A stretch of 64,000 nucleotides of DNA. Origin: Rotaria socialis (lineage: Eukaryota). Positions 37,428-51,398 of this stretch are shown here, in pieces (the stretch's first letter is position 1; every line of letters starts with the position of its first letter). Under the pieces are notes generated by a model, which made no database searches, was not told the DNA's origin, and was given only the letters and a program-made list of their open reading frames with translations. The stretch lies in contig CAJNYD010000056.1 of the NCBI GenBank assembly GCA_905331295.1, forward strand, positions 186,001 to 250,000, written 5' to 3'. A program made the position numbers and the translations under genes.

Positions 37428-38240
37428 ACAATACCAAAACCGTCTGCATTAGATCGACCATCTGATGGAAATTATTTAACTCTCAATGATTCAGAGCGAG
37501 TAGTAATATCAAATGTTGTGCATGCGTATGATGCATTTAGTCCTATATTTCTAATGCGGCGCACGATGTCACTGTTGAAAACATCAGCATCTGATCGTCA
37601 GCATGGTATATCTCAAGCGATACGAATTATGTTAGGAGTTTATCATGGCGTACAATCATTTATAGGTTCAACGCCCGATTTTAAAATACTTACATGCGCT
37701 GAACAACATTCTCTATTGAATCGTAATTTGCTTGGTCTTGTTTGTGGTGGCTTGCTTTGCATAGTTCATGAATCAGGAATGTTTGATGCGCCTGAAAATG
37801 AATTAGTATTCTCGCTATTATATGGCACAGAACTGACGCAACACGCAAGATCTATTTGTCAGAAACTCAATTGTGATCTAATACTCATTAAACTTCTGAT
37901 TATTGCTCTTGCTTTCTCTTCGAATTGCTATATGGTAGATAATCAAGAAAATATTGGAGAAGACGCGCTATTATTAGGTACATTTCGTTTATTTGGAAGT
38001 CAGAATGCTTATGTTGAAATTCTATGGAAATATTTGATACATAACTATGGTTTTGATCGTTCAGTACACATATTTTCCAAACTCATTAAACAGTTTCTCG
38101 ATGCATTTTCCCTTTCAATGGACATGTACGCAAACAAAACATATCATCGTATTTTTCTTGACGAAATAGTTAAAGAAGTGGAAACATGCTCGATTTCTGA
38201 CGAACAACGTGTGGCACCTTTGTGGGGAAAACAACCATGA
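37428..38240 (+). CDS. Nuclear receptor ligand-binding-domain exon (intact ORF; no DBD exons found upstream)
   Basis: Acceptor cag|ACAATACCA matches the paralog at 44322. Colinear protein (QSFIGSTPDFKILT, ALAFSSN, LLLGTFRLFGSQNAYVEILWKYL, PLWGK). Confidence 0.75.
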   Translation, partial: TIPKPSALDRPSDGNYLTLNDSERVVISNVVHAYDAFSPIFLMRRTMSLLKTSASDRQHGISQAIRIMLGVYHGVQSFIGSTPDFKILTCAEQHSLLNRNLLGLVCGGLLCIVHESGMFDAPENELVFSLLYGTELTQHARSICQKLNCDLILIKLLIIALAFSSNCYMVDNQENIGEDALLLGTFRLFGSQNAYVEILWKYLIHNYGFDRSVHIFSKLIKQFLDAFSLSMDMYANKTYHRIFLDEIVKEVETCSISDEQRVAPLWGKQP

Positions 38241-41200
38241 GTGTTACCTAGTTGTTGTTCTTTTCTTGTAAATGTTCAATTACGTATTATTTTGAAGTAA
38301 TCAATGAAATATATATATAGTAGATGTTCTAGTTTATTTTTTTAATGTAAATCTATGTTTTCTTACAAAAAATATTTATTTGTGTTTGAATAAAAGAACA
38401 CTTCGCAAGTTTTTTTGACTGAATTGATGTAGATACGTAACAATATTCAATGAGTGAATATGAATTATTCGTCCGTTCGGTTCGCATACGATTAGATCTA
38501 TGGAATTAATTAAAACATAACTACCGTGCAAGTTTCTTCGGCTCTGAGCTGAGCCATTTAAAATCGAATATTTATGTGAATGATATTCGAGGTGTCCAGG
38601 CATCAGCAAGATAGTGAAATCATTAATGAATTACGAAATCGATTTGAATATTTTCGCTAAAGTTTTCTTGAGCATTTCTCTGAATAAAAATAGATGAACT
38701 ACGGAAAGTTCGTTGGAAAAAAACGAACATTTCTCTTGATTGAAAGTACCACATAGATTTTATTCATATATCTATCTTGGTGGACTTACTGTCACACGGT
38801 ATAAAAGAGAGCGACGAAACAGTTTCATCTTATAATCACTGTTAAGGTGTAGAGTTTTCTCTTCGTATAAAATTTAAACAAACTGAATAAGGGTCGAATT
38901 CAATAAAAGGAAAGATAAAAGAAATTCTCATAAAACCATCATCAAGTTTGTTCTTTGTAGTAAACAAGTAGCATAAAACTTTCTTCACTAAGTACTTTTA
39001 AAATAAGAGCCTTTCAAACTCTAGTGAATCTCGAGAACGGACAGGTGCTCATGAACTTTTGAATTGTTTCTAGAAACCGGCGTATATCATGGACTGATGT
39101 TCTTCACTTCTATCACACTTTCCATCGCTCAGCAGCTCAATAGCAAAGACATAATAATGTTTTCTTGTTAACTGAACTTTATGCAAATAATGTTTTAATC
39201 GCTTTCGTGTGTGTTCTGTTTTGATGCTTCTCCTAAGGTGCGTTTCACTTAATAAAAAAGTACAACTGAAGAGTTTCATGAATCGTAAATGTGAGTTTTT
39301 TTCTAGTTAATTCAATTTATTTTCTTATTAGCTGAAATAAATCGCCCGAACGAAAATCACTCTGTTCTATTGCTGAAGGCTGTCTGATTGTCAGTATCGA
39401 ACAAAAATCAAGACTCGAAACATTTTTATTATAAAAAAATAATCTGTATTAATATATTCAACATGATTATAATTTTATTTCGCAGAAAACTCTGTAATCA
39501 AATAAGATAATCTTATTTCCTAGTACGTCGTTCATACTTTGTTTTTATTAAAAAAGACAAAAAGAATCTTTACTGTTCGAGTACTTTCTATGCTATGCGT
39601 GACTGAAAAGAATGCGCACGTGTACATATGTGGAATAGTTCTAGATATGTGAGTTGTTCACATGCAAACAATTCGGATAAAAATTTCGAGTCGTCTGATG
39701 AATTCTAATAAAAACCAGTCAAGAAATGGTGGAAGGCTTTGTGAACTAGTTTTTATGAACATAAACATCATCGAAAGTGAAGTTACAGCTCTCGGTTTGA
39801 TTTCAATTATTCATACTGTAAGATTAAAAAGAAAACCATTCATTCGCTAATGTAAGTGTGGTGTTATATTTTTCCTAAAAATGTGCAAGTCGTAATTTCA
39901 TTGTCAACAACTATCTTCATCTTCCAATAGATACGCAGCACAAGTTAATGAATAAACAATATGTTGACTCTTTGAACATATGATCAACATAAATATGAAA
40001 GTTAGAAAGATCAATCTTCTCTTGTGTTTTTTTCGCACGTAACCGTAACAGTAGAAATTAAAACAAATAATAAGAAAAGAAACGCTATAGGCTACTGATT
40101 CTGATGTGATACTGGTAATGCATCACTTGCTTCGAATCGAATAAAACCGAACTTTACCAGTAGTGTCAAACTTGACAGATCTTTATGCCTGTATCGTTCT
40201 TCGAATTAATAATTTGTCAAAAGCAATTGTTTAAAAACTAGTTAGGCAGACTTGTACAAAGATAAACATCCCAACGAAAAAGAGTAATACAATTATAAAA
40301 ATAGATTCTACAGGAATGTTATCTAAAATAAACCGATGCTTTATTAAATCTAATGTGTGCCTCTACCGTACAACCAGATAGTTCTCATTGGTTTATATAA
40401 ATATTATAATTTATATCTATTTAATATATTTCTGTTACAGACTCTGAAACAATCTGCTAAATGAATGCCGAGCACAGATTGATAAAACAGAGTCAAAAAA
40501 TATTTTATCAAAACAATAAAACGTGGTTTTGAACTGAAAACTAGATATGAGAAGTTTTCACTAGAATGATCTATTATGATTCATGAATGTTTTTCTCGAA
40601 AGACTACAGCCAATTGGTTGGTTTACAAAGAGCTGTTCAGGATTTCTATAGTCCAGTAAGTATTGACTATAGTCTTCACAAAATATTAGCGGCTCACTTT
40701 TTTGACAGCAAGTATCTGCTTGATAAAAATGCACGAATGATCAATTTTGGAATAAACTAATGTATTAAAAGTATATACTAGAATGGCCAGGCTTTTTCTG
40801 GCTTCAAATGTATAATATATATATATATAAACGTGTATTTTTATTTTCTACACAGTAAAGTCATCACAATCAACAACGTCCTATCCAGTATGTATATTTA
40901 CTTTTCGTTTAGAATTTTATATTTCTTCGAGTTTCAAACACAATGGAAATATTTTGATTTGTATCGGTTCTATTTTTTTTCTTCCTAAGATTCTTAAGCA
41001 TGCATTTTCAGAAAACATAAGAATGTAAACATATGAAGATAACTGGTAGATAAAATCTTCTCTGATTTTTCCCTACATAAGGGCACAGGCTTTAGGCAAC
41101 ATTATTGATTAATTTAAAGTGAATCTTTCTATTTTTCATCTTGGTTTTTCTAATTTCAATGCAATAGAATGAAGCAATCTTTAGCAAATGTTTATTTTTC

Positions 41201-43216
41201 CAAGTCTCGCTTTTTCAACAGAGAGATCTTTGAGTAAAAAACAATCATACTGAAATGTGCACCTTATAATTCTAGAGAAAAACTATTCTGAAAAATTCTT
41301 TGCATTTTAACGGTTCAGAAGGAGATAAAATGCTTGTCTTGTGCGCTTCAAAAAAACTACAATAAAATTAGAGGAAACAAATAGTAAAACGTTTCTTTTA
41401 TATTAAATGAAACCGGAAAAGTGCAGAATTAATTTACAGAAAATTCAAACATCAACGAAACGATAGATAAAAGCAATATAGAGGATTCATATTTTTTTTA
41501 AAACTATTTTACCATAGTTGTACTTGATTGAACACATCAAATTAATTGGTTATCTAGAAACCTATTCTATTTTTTACTTTACTATTCATTTCTTATCTCG
41601 CATAGAAACAATAGGATAAGGAAATTTGAAATAATTCAGAAGAAGTTTTTAAATTTTTGTTTTGATATCTGGATTTCATGTAGTTCGTAATTGCCGCATA
41701 TGACTATTTTGTTTATACATGATATCGAGAGAAGTGAAACAATATAATCAAACCCTTACAGTAGACTATCCATAAGTGTGAGATGTCAGTCGAGCTGATA
41801 TGTAACCGTTAATTCAAGTCTAGTAAGACTATTCGAAGGTTTAAAGGGTTCATACTTCTAGTTTATCTTCTCTTTGTTTCAACTATTCTGAGAGGTTTGT
41901 TATGACAATAAGACGATCTAATTATGAACTTTGAGCCGTGCATTTTCTATGTTCAAATATATCTCATAGCAAGAGAAGAAAGCATTCGAATGGTTTGCAA
42001 TATCGGAATGAATGTTTCTGTTGAGCAATATTATTTGATAAAAACAGTATCTTCATCTTCGGCGATCAGCGGAATTGTGTAGATTTGATACTGATATGAA
42101 TGAGTACTGTTTCGTATACGTAGAAATTAAAATAAAGCTTTTAATATTGTTGCGTAAGCGTCATCCATGACTTTTTCTCTTAGATGCTTATTGACGTTAG
42201 CTAGTTATATCACAAATAAATGCAAAATAAAAAAAGTATTATGCTACGCATATTGAGCCATTCTTTATCCACACAAACAGTGTAATGGCCATGTAGAAAA
42301 AAACCTAAAACTGTGCCATTCGGGAACTAGACGAAGGATTTTAAACAAAAACTTGAAACTCAAAATTAGTTTTGATTTTTCCAACTGTTTCATAGCCGTA
42401 CAAAATTGATCATAGCAAAATCAATTCTTTTTCATTCAAGTTTTGGCTATATCTTCAAAAAACTACTTCGTTTTCCGTTTCTGATTCGCGCTGAAATTTA
42501 GTTTGTTGTTCGAACAAAAAATACCCTCTTATCATCTAGTCCAATTCGCTTCACCGCAAGGCCAAAGAAACATTTTATTCTTCTGCAAATTTCTATAGAA
42601 AGAGAGTGATTAAACAAGTAAGAAAAGCATATAAGAGAAAAACCTTTGTTTTAGTCGATAGAGTGACTACTATAAATAATAAAGCAAAAAGTTAATATTG
42701 TTAGAAACATCTTGTATATGTACTTTAACAGTCACTGAAATATAACCATCGAGAAGAGATTCATATAGCCCGTCTATTTATATGCAACAACAGAATAATG
42801 TAAGTATTTTTATTAGCAGAAAAATTGACGGTGAATATTTAACGGCCATGAATAATAGGTACTAATTAAAAGAATAAAAATTCGATTGTACTTAATGTAA
42901 AAATCAATGTTACCCTAGACTTGGTTTCCTGGAATACGTAATAGCTGAAATGTTTTTCGTTTAAAAACTGGAAGTTTATTTTATTTTTGAATACTATTTA
43001 AACTATTCAATTCATAGTATCAAAAGTAAACTCTTATTTTTTTCGCTGAAACTTTCTCATTGAGAAAAATTCGCCTACTAGATTAAAATGAGCTTCAGTG
43101 AAAATAGGTACTCCAGAATTTTCGTCTGATTTTATTGAACAAAAAATCCCTATTGAGCTGGAAATCCGGCAAAATAGAGAAGTTTTATTTATATTATTTA
43201 GAAGTGAATTACATTT

Positions 43217-45134
43217 ATGGCTCCATCTGGCGAGCCAAACGAAGCAACAACACAACCAAATCAACCAAATAATATTTGTCAAATCTGTGGAGATAGCGCA
43301 TCTATAAATAATTATGGAGCTTTGTCTTGTTCACCATGCAGAACATTTTTTCGTCGCAATGCTTTTCCTCCTGAAGTTTGAACATTCGACGAAAATTTTT
43401 TCTATTGTCCTCAGTATATGTCCTTTTTATTTTACAGAATGCGGTTGTTTGTCGCTATGGTGGCAATTGTGAAGTGAATATGTTAACAAGAAAAGTTTGT
43501 GCAGCGTGTCGTCTTGGTAAATGTTTCCTTGTAGGAATGAGTGTGGATTTAATTCGTAAAGAAGATTTAGCGAGAAAAAAACGAAAACGTAAAACATCAA
43601 AAGGTGAAGAACCCACTACGGCGGTATGTAAAAAATCAGACAGTATCACTATGAACTAAATAAGTGTAAAAGGTGCCCGTTTAGACGAAATAAATTCGTG
43701 ATCAGAGTTTTCGGAATGGAAAAATTGCATTTTATTCTCAAATGAAACCATCAGATAATACGATCTAAATACAACGGACTTTGATGGTCTTATATGCTCA
43801 TGTAAAAGCAGATGAAAGTTGCACAAGAATACAATAGCCGGAGAAATCATACGCTAATTCGTCGTATCAAATTCCTCCATGATCTTTTTACCGTGTGAAA
43901 TATTATCATACAATTGTAGATAATCTTTTAAGAGAGCAAGATTTATTCAATGATATTTTCGTTCGTCTTAAAGTAAAATTTGTAAGACTATGCTTCTTTC
44001 TGATCTTTCGCTTTGTTTCTCCATCTAGAATTTCGGTGTCGGCTACTCAATCGAATTGCCTAGATGGACTGAAATACGATAATGAAAAACTTAGCGTTAG
44101 GATATTTCGGCAAACAAATCCGACAATCTCCGATCTCCTATTATGTTTTGTGAAAGATAATATTTTATGTGTTACTCTGCTTCGTTCTGAAAATGGTAAT
44201 TGAAAAGATCCGATTGTTTCTCTGCGACTTTAAAATTTTGATTCCGCATCAATAATAACTAAACAAAAAGCCATCTAATTTTTCTTACACATCGCAATTT
44301 TTATTATTTCATCTCATTTAGACAATACCACAAGAATCTGCATTAGATTTGCCATCTCGTAGCAATTCTTGCGATCTCAGTTTTTCAGATTGGACTATAA
44401 TTTCAAATGTTGTACATGCTTTTAACACGTTCAGTCCTGTAGCCGAAATACGACGTAGAATACTATTTTTCAATACTACAGAATCCAATCTTCAATATAA
44501 CTTAACCCAAGCCAGGCATTTAATGTCTTCATTTTATAATGGTTTACAATCATTTATTAGTTCAACACCTGATTTTAAAATACTTACATTACGTGAACAA
44601 CATTCCCTATTTCAAAGAAATATGGTGGGTGTTTTATGCGTTGGTGGAACATATTTAATGCACGAATCAGGAATACTTGATAAACCTGAACATGAATCCG
44701 TTATTTTGTCTCTCTACGGTTCAGAATTTATTCAACAAGTTAAATTAATATGGCAACAACTTCATTGTGATCCAATACTGATAAAATTAATACTCGTTGC
44801 TCTTGCCTTTTCTTCTAATTATTTCATGATAGATAATCATGGAAATACTGCTGACGACACACTATTATTAGGCACATTTCGTCTATTAGGAAGTCAGAAT
44901 GTCTATGTTGAAATTATTTGGAAATATTTATTGTCTACCTATGGTCATAATAATGCAGTACTAAGATTTTCTATCTTGATTAAACAACTACTTACTATGC
45001 TTTCTTATTCAATTTATATGTATAAAAACAATATAATTCATCAGGCGTTTATTGATGATATAATCAAACAAACTGCAACGGAGTCAAAGGTAGATGGAAA
45101 CGCGCTTGTACCATTGTGGGGGAAAAAAAATTGA
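43217..45134 (+). CDS. Nuclear receptor, NR1I/NR1J-like, complete (3 exons)
   Basis: Exons 43217-43375 (CQICGD...YGALSCSPCRTFFRRNA), 43438-43623 (CRYGGNCEV...CAACRLGKCFLVGM) and 44322-45134 (LBD). Confidence 0.92.
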
Positions 45135-46197
45135 TTGCAATTTATTATTTTTTTCTTTTGTTAAAGTTATTTGTATTTTGTTGTGATGCATCAAATGTGT
45201 AGAAATTGTACTTATTTGGACGTGCACCAAATCTCTCAAGCACAGAAAAATTCAGAATAATCTAATAAAATGAAAATTTGAAAGATAATCAACTGATATA
45301 AACTTTGTTCATTTTTTTAAATAAAATGGTTAACATTGATAAATCATTTTTCTTTGTTGTCTTCATTTCCTCAATAGAATCGCTCGTTTGACATCATGTA
45401 ATTTTAGAGTATTAGTTAGAATTCTTTTCTTTCCTTCTAATACAAGAATCAAATACAAAAAAATAGATATTTCGGAATATCTATTGAGAAAGAACAGTGA
45501 GATGTCATTTTAGCTAAGTACTGACCAATAATTATTAGAAACACTTTTTGTATGGTTTGTCTGCTGGTTAGACAATGCTGTTACATTCGTAACGTTTCTC
45601 GATGGCAACAAGACGCATGATCATATCTCTACTATATTATATTATTACTATTTTTAGCTTTTTGTTAGGTTAGCAAACGATGAATAGTGCAAGTGCTCTG
45701 TCAGAATGTATTTTTTTTTATCTAAAATTTATGCGTTTTGATAACGATTTTACTATTTCATTTGTTTATAACTTACTAAAACAAATAAAACATGCCGAGA
45801 GGATAATTCTTCAACAGAAAATATTACAAACTATGCGTATGAAGAACTTCAAATGTCAATATTTGGTTTTAGAATATTTTTCAATATCGAGTAAAAATAG
45901 TGTGAACCAATAATGTCAACTTTTCTGGTTCTCAGTTCGAGAAACGGCCCGTCGCTTCAGGAACGACCTATTCAATATCTCTTATAGATATATCATCAAA
46001 CTTCGAGAGATCTCGAGTCCTGAAAATGTTCATCGGATGCATGGGTTTAAGTTGTTTTCATAGATTTTGAGCGAACATTTTTATTTATCTACTAAGATAT
46101 ATGAGATTCAAAGGAACAAGACATAAAAGATTATTTATTTTCTTTGTACAACATCGTTTTTAAATCATGAGTTAAACAAGAGAAAGCTGCTTGCCAA

Positions 46198-48712
46198 TCA
46201 AACGTCATCTTCATTATGTTCAGATTTTTCATAAATTTGAGTAACTAAAATGTGATGTGCTGTATTTTGTATATAAGTGTCGAATGTCATTGGAATTAAA
46301 TCAACTATTTGTTTAATAAGCCGGGCAAACCGAATAGTAGCTCCTTTATTACCATAATGAAAGAGCAGATATTTCCAAAAAAACGTTCAGCATATTGACT
46401 TTTATAGAAGAATAATTGTTTAGTTTTTCTTAGAATATGATATCTGTGATTATAAATCGAAATGTCAATCATAAAACGATTCCAAAAAAAATTAAATAAT
46501 AGCAAGAAATGCTTTGACAAATGTTAAATTATAATCGAGCCGTTCCATAACAGATTCTGCCTTTGTAAGTGTTTCAATATCATACAAACAAGTAAAAGCA
46601 TATATAAATATATATACGTTGCATTTTCTAAAAGAGCTGATTCACGTAAAATAACTTGACCCATTAAAGTAGAAGTACTGTGAAAATTTCGTTGAAAAAT
46701 CGATTTTTGTTCATCAATCGACATGCGAAATTCATTTGTCCCTTTGATAAACGATTGTAATGATGTATAAAATGAAATTAGTAAATTTTGTATAAAGTCT
46801 TATGGAAGTTTTACATGTATCTAAAGTGGTAATTTTGATTGACGTACAACTTCATTAGAGATAGATGATACTGGATTGAAATGTATCGTAGTCATGTATT
46901 ATATTGGAAGATAATGCTCAATTGGGACTAGTGAGATCTGATCGATCGTTGTTTAATAAATCCAATGGATTAACAGGAAATGAAGACTAAATAGAAATAA
47001 AACAAATTTCACTATGAATTGCTATTCTATCTGCGATAAGACTGTAAAATATGAAAGTCACTGACGAATTCTATTCTTCCACGAAAAATTTAGGATTCAG
47101 TATACTCATTAGGCAAACTTAGACGTTGATCGGCATAGATGAATTGCATATTCTTCAGTTGAGAGATAGATGTTACGGTTTGCTTTTATTACGAATCAAT
47201 ATAAATATTAGTCATTTTCGCTATCGAAATGGTGTCAAATGGTAGGATTCTTCAGCCAGAGGTCTTCCTAATAACTGATATTAGCTGTAACTTGAAATGA
47301 TATGTCAGCTAAACGCCGCGTTCTCTCGTCGGATCATTTAAGTTTCACTTCAACATTCTAATTAATCAAGAATTAATTTAAAAAAACGTTCTTGTGTGCT
47401 AGTCTGATCAGCATGTACTTAAACGGGTAACATAAGTCTATTAAATGTTCATGAGTTGTCTGCCGGCATCCTAGAATTTATCCCATTAAGTCACGAGAAC
47501 AGTACCTCGAAAATGATGCCGAAAACGGCATGATTAATAACTGATGAACCTTGTCTGATCTGTCGATAATAAAGCATATATGCTATTAGTTTTCCTAAAC
47601 TCAAAAAACTCAGGTAGAATAAAAGGGCAAAGATCTAAACCAATTCTTCTTGAGCAGCATCAATCCGTTAGCAAAAATTGCCTATAATACATTCAAAATA
47701 TTGTTCTAAACGCTAATTAATGAGAAATACTTTCGACACAGTTGCTTGTCAACAATATCAACTATCGATTGCATCAAATGTTTGCTCATTTTTCGATCGC
47801 TAGATAGAGACGTAAGAACTTTAGACCAATATTCAACAGGATTTTTTTAGGTTATAAAATATGAGTAGTGTAAAATAAAGCACGACTCGAAAACAATAAA
47901 AATTGATTTATATTTTCCTTCTGTGACTTGTCACGAAAGCTCTACGTGATACAGTAGAGAGAACCTCGTACAACTTAAAGTTCATTCTAAGCATTACATG
48001 TTTGACTTTTGACTAGATTCGTTCAAAACCAAGTCTGTAATATTGGCCTAATAAAACCATTGAACACAAATTGTCAGGTTACCATTAAGGACAAAATGAG
48101 CCTATTCCAACAGGGTAAGTAACTTAGATCAGTTCTCACAAGACGAACTGGTTGTTCAACGGAGTTAAAAAAAACATCGAACACATTTTTTCAAGTCTTC
48201 TATTACTATGCTTTCATTATACAAAAATGCTCAATAGTCTATCTTACCATTCTTGTTTGTTGTATGATGTTTTGTTTTTGTTTACGTTTAACTGTTGAGC
48301 ATAAACTTCTTTCGTTTAGATCTTCTTTACGAATAAGATCACGACTCATACCAATTGTAAGACATTTAGCAAGTCGACAAGCCGAACAAACTCGTCGAGA
48401 TTGTAATGTTATATCACAATTTCCATTGAATCGACATGGTTCAATTTTCTATCAGAAAAAAAATTCAATTCAAATGAAAAGCATGTTTAGAAAAAGCAAT
48501 AGATCTATACTAACTTCAATACGAAATCCACGACGACGAAAAAATGTTTTACACGATGCACAAGAAAGTGCACCGTAATTAACAATTCGTGCTGTGTCAC
48601 CGCAAACTAAACAGTAACCTTCTCTAGCTGCATATCTTCCTTGCCGTTTGGCGGAGTCAGTAGTGACAGGAACGAACTCCGGCAATTTGAATAAAGACTG
48701 ATGATATGCCAT
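46198..48712 (-). pseudogene. Nuclear receptor with intact DBD exons and a disrupted LBD exon
   Basis: Exons 48712-48515 (CLVCGD...LSCASCKTFFRR) and 48448-48248 are open. The LBD exon 46986-46198 has TGA at 46918-46920 plus several frameshifts but keeps LQSFIKG, EQKSIFQRN and WKYLLFHYG. Confidence 0.8.
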
Positions 48713-50840
48713 ACGACCGAGTATAGTTTATATGCTCTAAAGAAAATAGCATAAACTAGTATCAAATTATTTAAAATACAAGGTGCGAAGAAAATTTTCT
48801 TTACCATAGATATATTGTCAGATCGAGACTGCTTTTATTTCTAATGAGAAGATTTGAACAAATATTTTCAAGTTTATAAATTTCTATGGTTCGTGACAAC
48901 AAAAAAATAGACGTTCTTAATTAGAGTGTATGAAAGGAAAAAATATGACAGATTATTTGACATTAGTTCTACATTCATGTCACCAAATTTGATAGATAGT
49001 AATATTCGTTCTAGTTTCGTGTTAGAAAAAGACAACTTGAATCTTCCACTTATTCCACTTTTTATGCCATGGAAGATGATTATTTTCTAAGATATTGATG
49101 ATTTCGATAAGTTTTTATTATTTATTACAATTATTCAAAACCGCTATTTAAAACAAAGAAATTTATCCAGTCTTGCTACTGATATTTGTCCGATATATGT
49201 TTATATTCTATGAGCTGCACCTACGATGAGAGGTGAGAAATATTTAATTCGTACCGTTCATAACTGTACCTTTCAAGTTTGCTGATGATTAAATTCTAAT
49301 TCAGATCTTCGTATATTTTTTAACTGAAATTCTTATTTTCACAGTAACATTTACATGATTTATAAGTCAAAAGAAAATAGCTTTCTATTTACCTGTAAAA
49401 CACTAGTAAATAAATATAATACAATGAAAATAACTCACATCTCTTCAGCGTAAAAAATGTATCATTTTAATAATGGCGGTGAATTTGTTTTTCTTTTCCT
49501 AAGATGATATAAATCGATGATCGCTGACGAATTCTAAATCAACCACGTAAAATCACTATTCAATAAACAACTTGCGAAGTCTTAAAATGCGAACCTTAAT
49601 AATTTTCCTTAAAAATCACGCGTTGACACTTGTTAACTCATAGAAAAGAAACAGAAGCAGAAATAACTCTATTGTTCCTTTCAACTCAAACTTCTCTTTT
49701 TAATTGCCTTCTTTTCTGTTGTCTTACACGATAGAAGTCGTAACTTTTATAGTGAAACAATTAATACAGAAGTAAATAAATAATCCAAAAAAAGCTATCG
49801 TTTTTTTTTTGTTTTACATATCTAGTTATTCCGAAATGGTTATCAATTCTTTGTCTCATATAAAAACATTTACATCAAATGACGTCATCGATAAAGTTTC
49901 CTTCTCTTTCTTTACAAAAAGAAACAAGACAAAGAAGATTTTGTATCATTGACAGAAATTCAATAGATATGAAAAGAATCTTTTTTTTCTGTGATAAAAA
50001 GAACAAGTTTCTCACTTTTGTCATGTCACAAAATGACGTAAGCCACATAGTCTAGTTCATACATACGTATAAATGTTATATTGTTGTTATTACTATGTAA
50101 TTTAATGTTTTATTTATTTAAAAATGACGCATTTCGATAGTGTTAGAACAATAATAAGACTAATGTAACTTATAGATATATCTCATTAGTCCATTTTAGC
50201 ATAAGAGAACGTAGGAATCTTTTTTTCTTGAAGATGGGCTATGTCATTATGCTTAAATAGCAATAAGGACTACAAGTAATCATTTACCTTAGTAATAATT
50301 ATTGATGATACCGCAGTGCTAAGATGGTTGTTTAATTTGAAGAAAAGTCTTCGTGTTTAACAGTTGATGGTGTTGACACGCATAATACTAGTTTTATATG
50401 TACCTCTCATGACAAGAGTGAATCTCAGAATAAGGCGTTTGTTCCTGCTTCCGAAGTCTAGAAGAAACAGATGAAGACATATCCAGTAGGAAATTTCTGG
50501 TTTTTTCAACCTCGTTGTTTGAAAGGTTACCTATTGAGCTTTATGAAAATGAACACATTGTGTAAGTTGATTTTCATAGATTTTTAAGAATTATACATGC
50601 ATTCATACTTCTAATTGAAAATCTTGGAAAATAGGCAAGCCTCAGGCATTTTACTTTAGTAGTTTGAAAATTACTGGCCTTCTATTCAAACCTCCCAAAC
50701 TACTTGACAAGCAATTACTGTAATACGAGTTGCAATTCCTCCTCATTCTTTTATTTCGGCACTTATTTTTAGAAAATTGATTAAAGATACTTTCAAAAAC
50801 ATGATAAGAAAATCTTTCATGCAGGACTCAATCTGGATTT

Positions 50841-51398
50841 GGCGGAAAAGCAGAAAGGGAAAATGTCAAAAAATTGAGTTTTTTTGACAATTTTAAAGGA
50901 AAAAAAAATTATTTTCTAAATTGGTGTGCACATATATGCTGCATCCATGTTCAGTACAAGCCCAATATTTTTTTGACGAGGACGTTTTATTGCATTTGAA
51001 CATATATTGGTTAAACACTAGTAATAGTTTACCTTGATTAGTTGTTAAGAATGATACTTCGCTGTCCATTGCCAACGATTGAAGAGAAAATTATTTGTTA
51101 GTTGTTTTTGTCAGACTGATTTATATATATTGTATACGCTAACAATGAACAAGTATAGACTACAGACGAGGAGGACAACGATTTAACTTATCCCACTAAC
51201 AATCAATACCAGCTCAAAGAAAAAAATTTCGTTATCTACAAACATCTTTTTCATTCTACGTTTTCCTTTTCAAAATTTTTCTACTTTTTCCTCTAGCAGT
51301 TTTCTTCGACACTTTTATTACTTATACTTTTTCATTTCAACATTTTCCATTCGACGATTTCACCTTCTGCAATTACCAGTTTCGACATTTCCCTTTTC
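50841..51398 (-). mobile_element. Mutator (MULE) remnant with a FLYWCH zinc-finger fragment
   Basis: ORF FLTTNQGKLLLVFNQYMFKCNKTSSSKKYWACTEHGCSIYVHT, flanked by inverted GAAA(A)GGGAAA(A)TGTC / GACATTTCCCTTTTC motifs and TTCGAC repeats. Confidence 0.65.
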
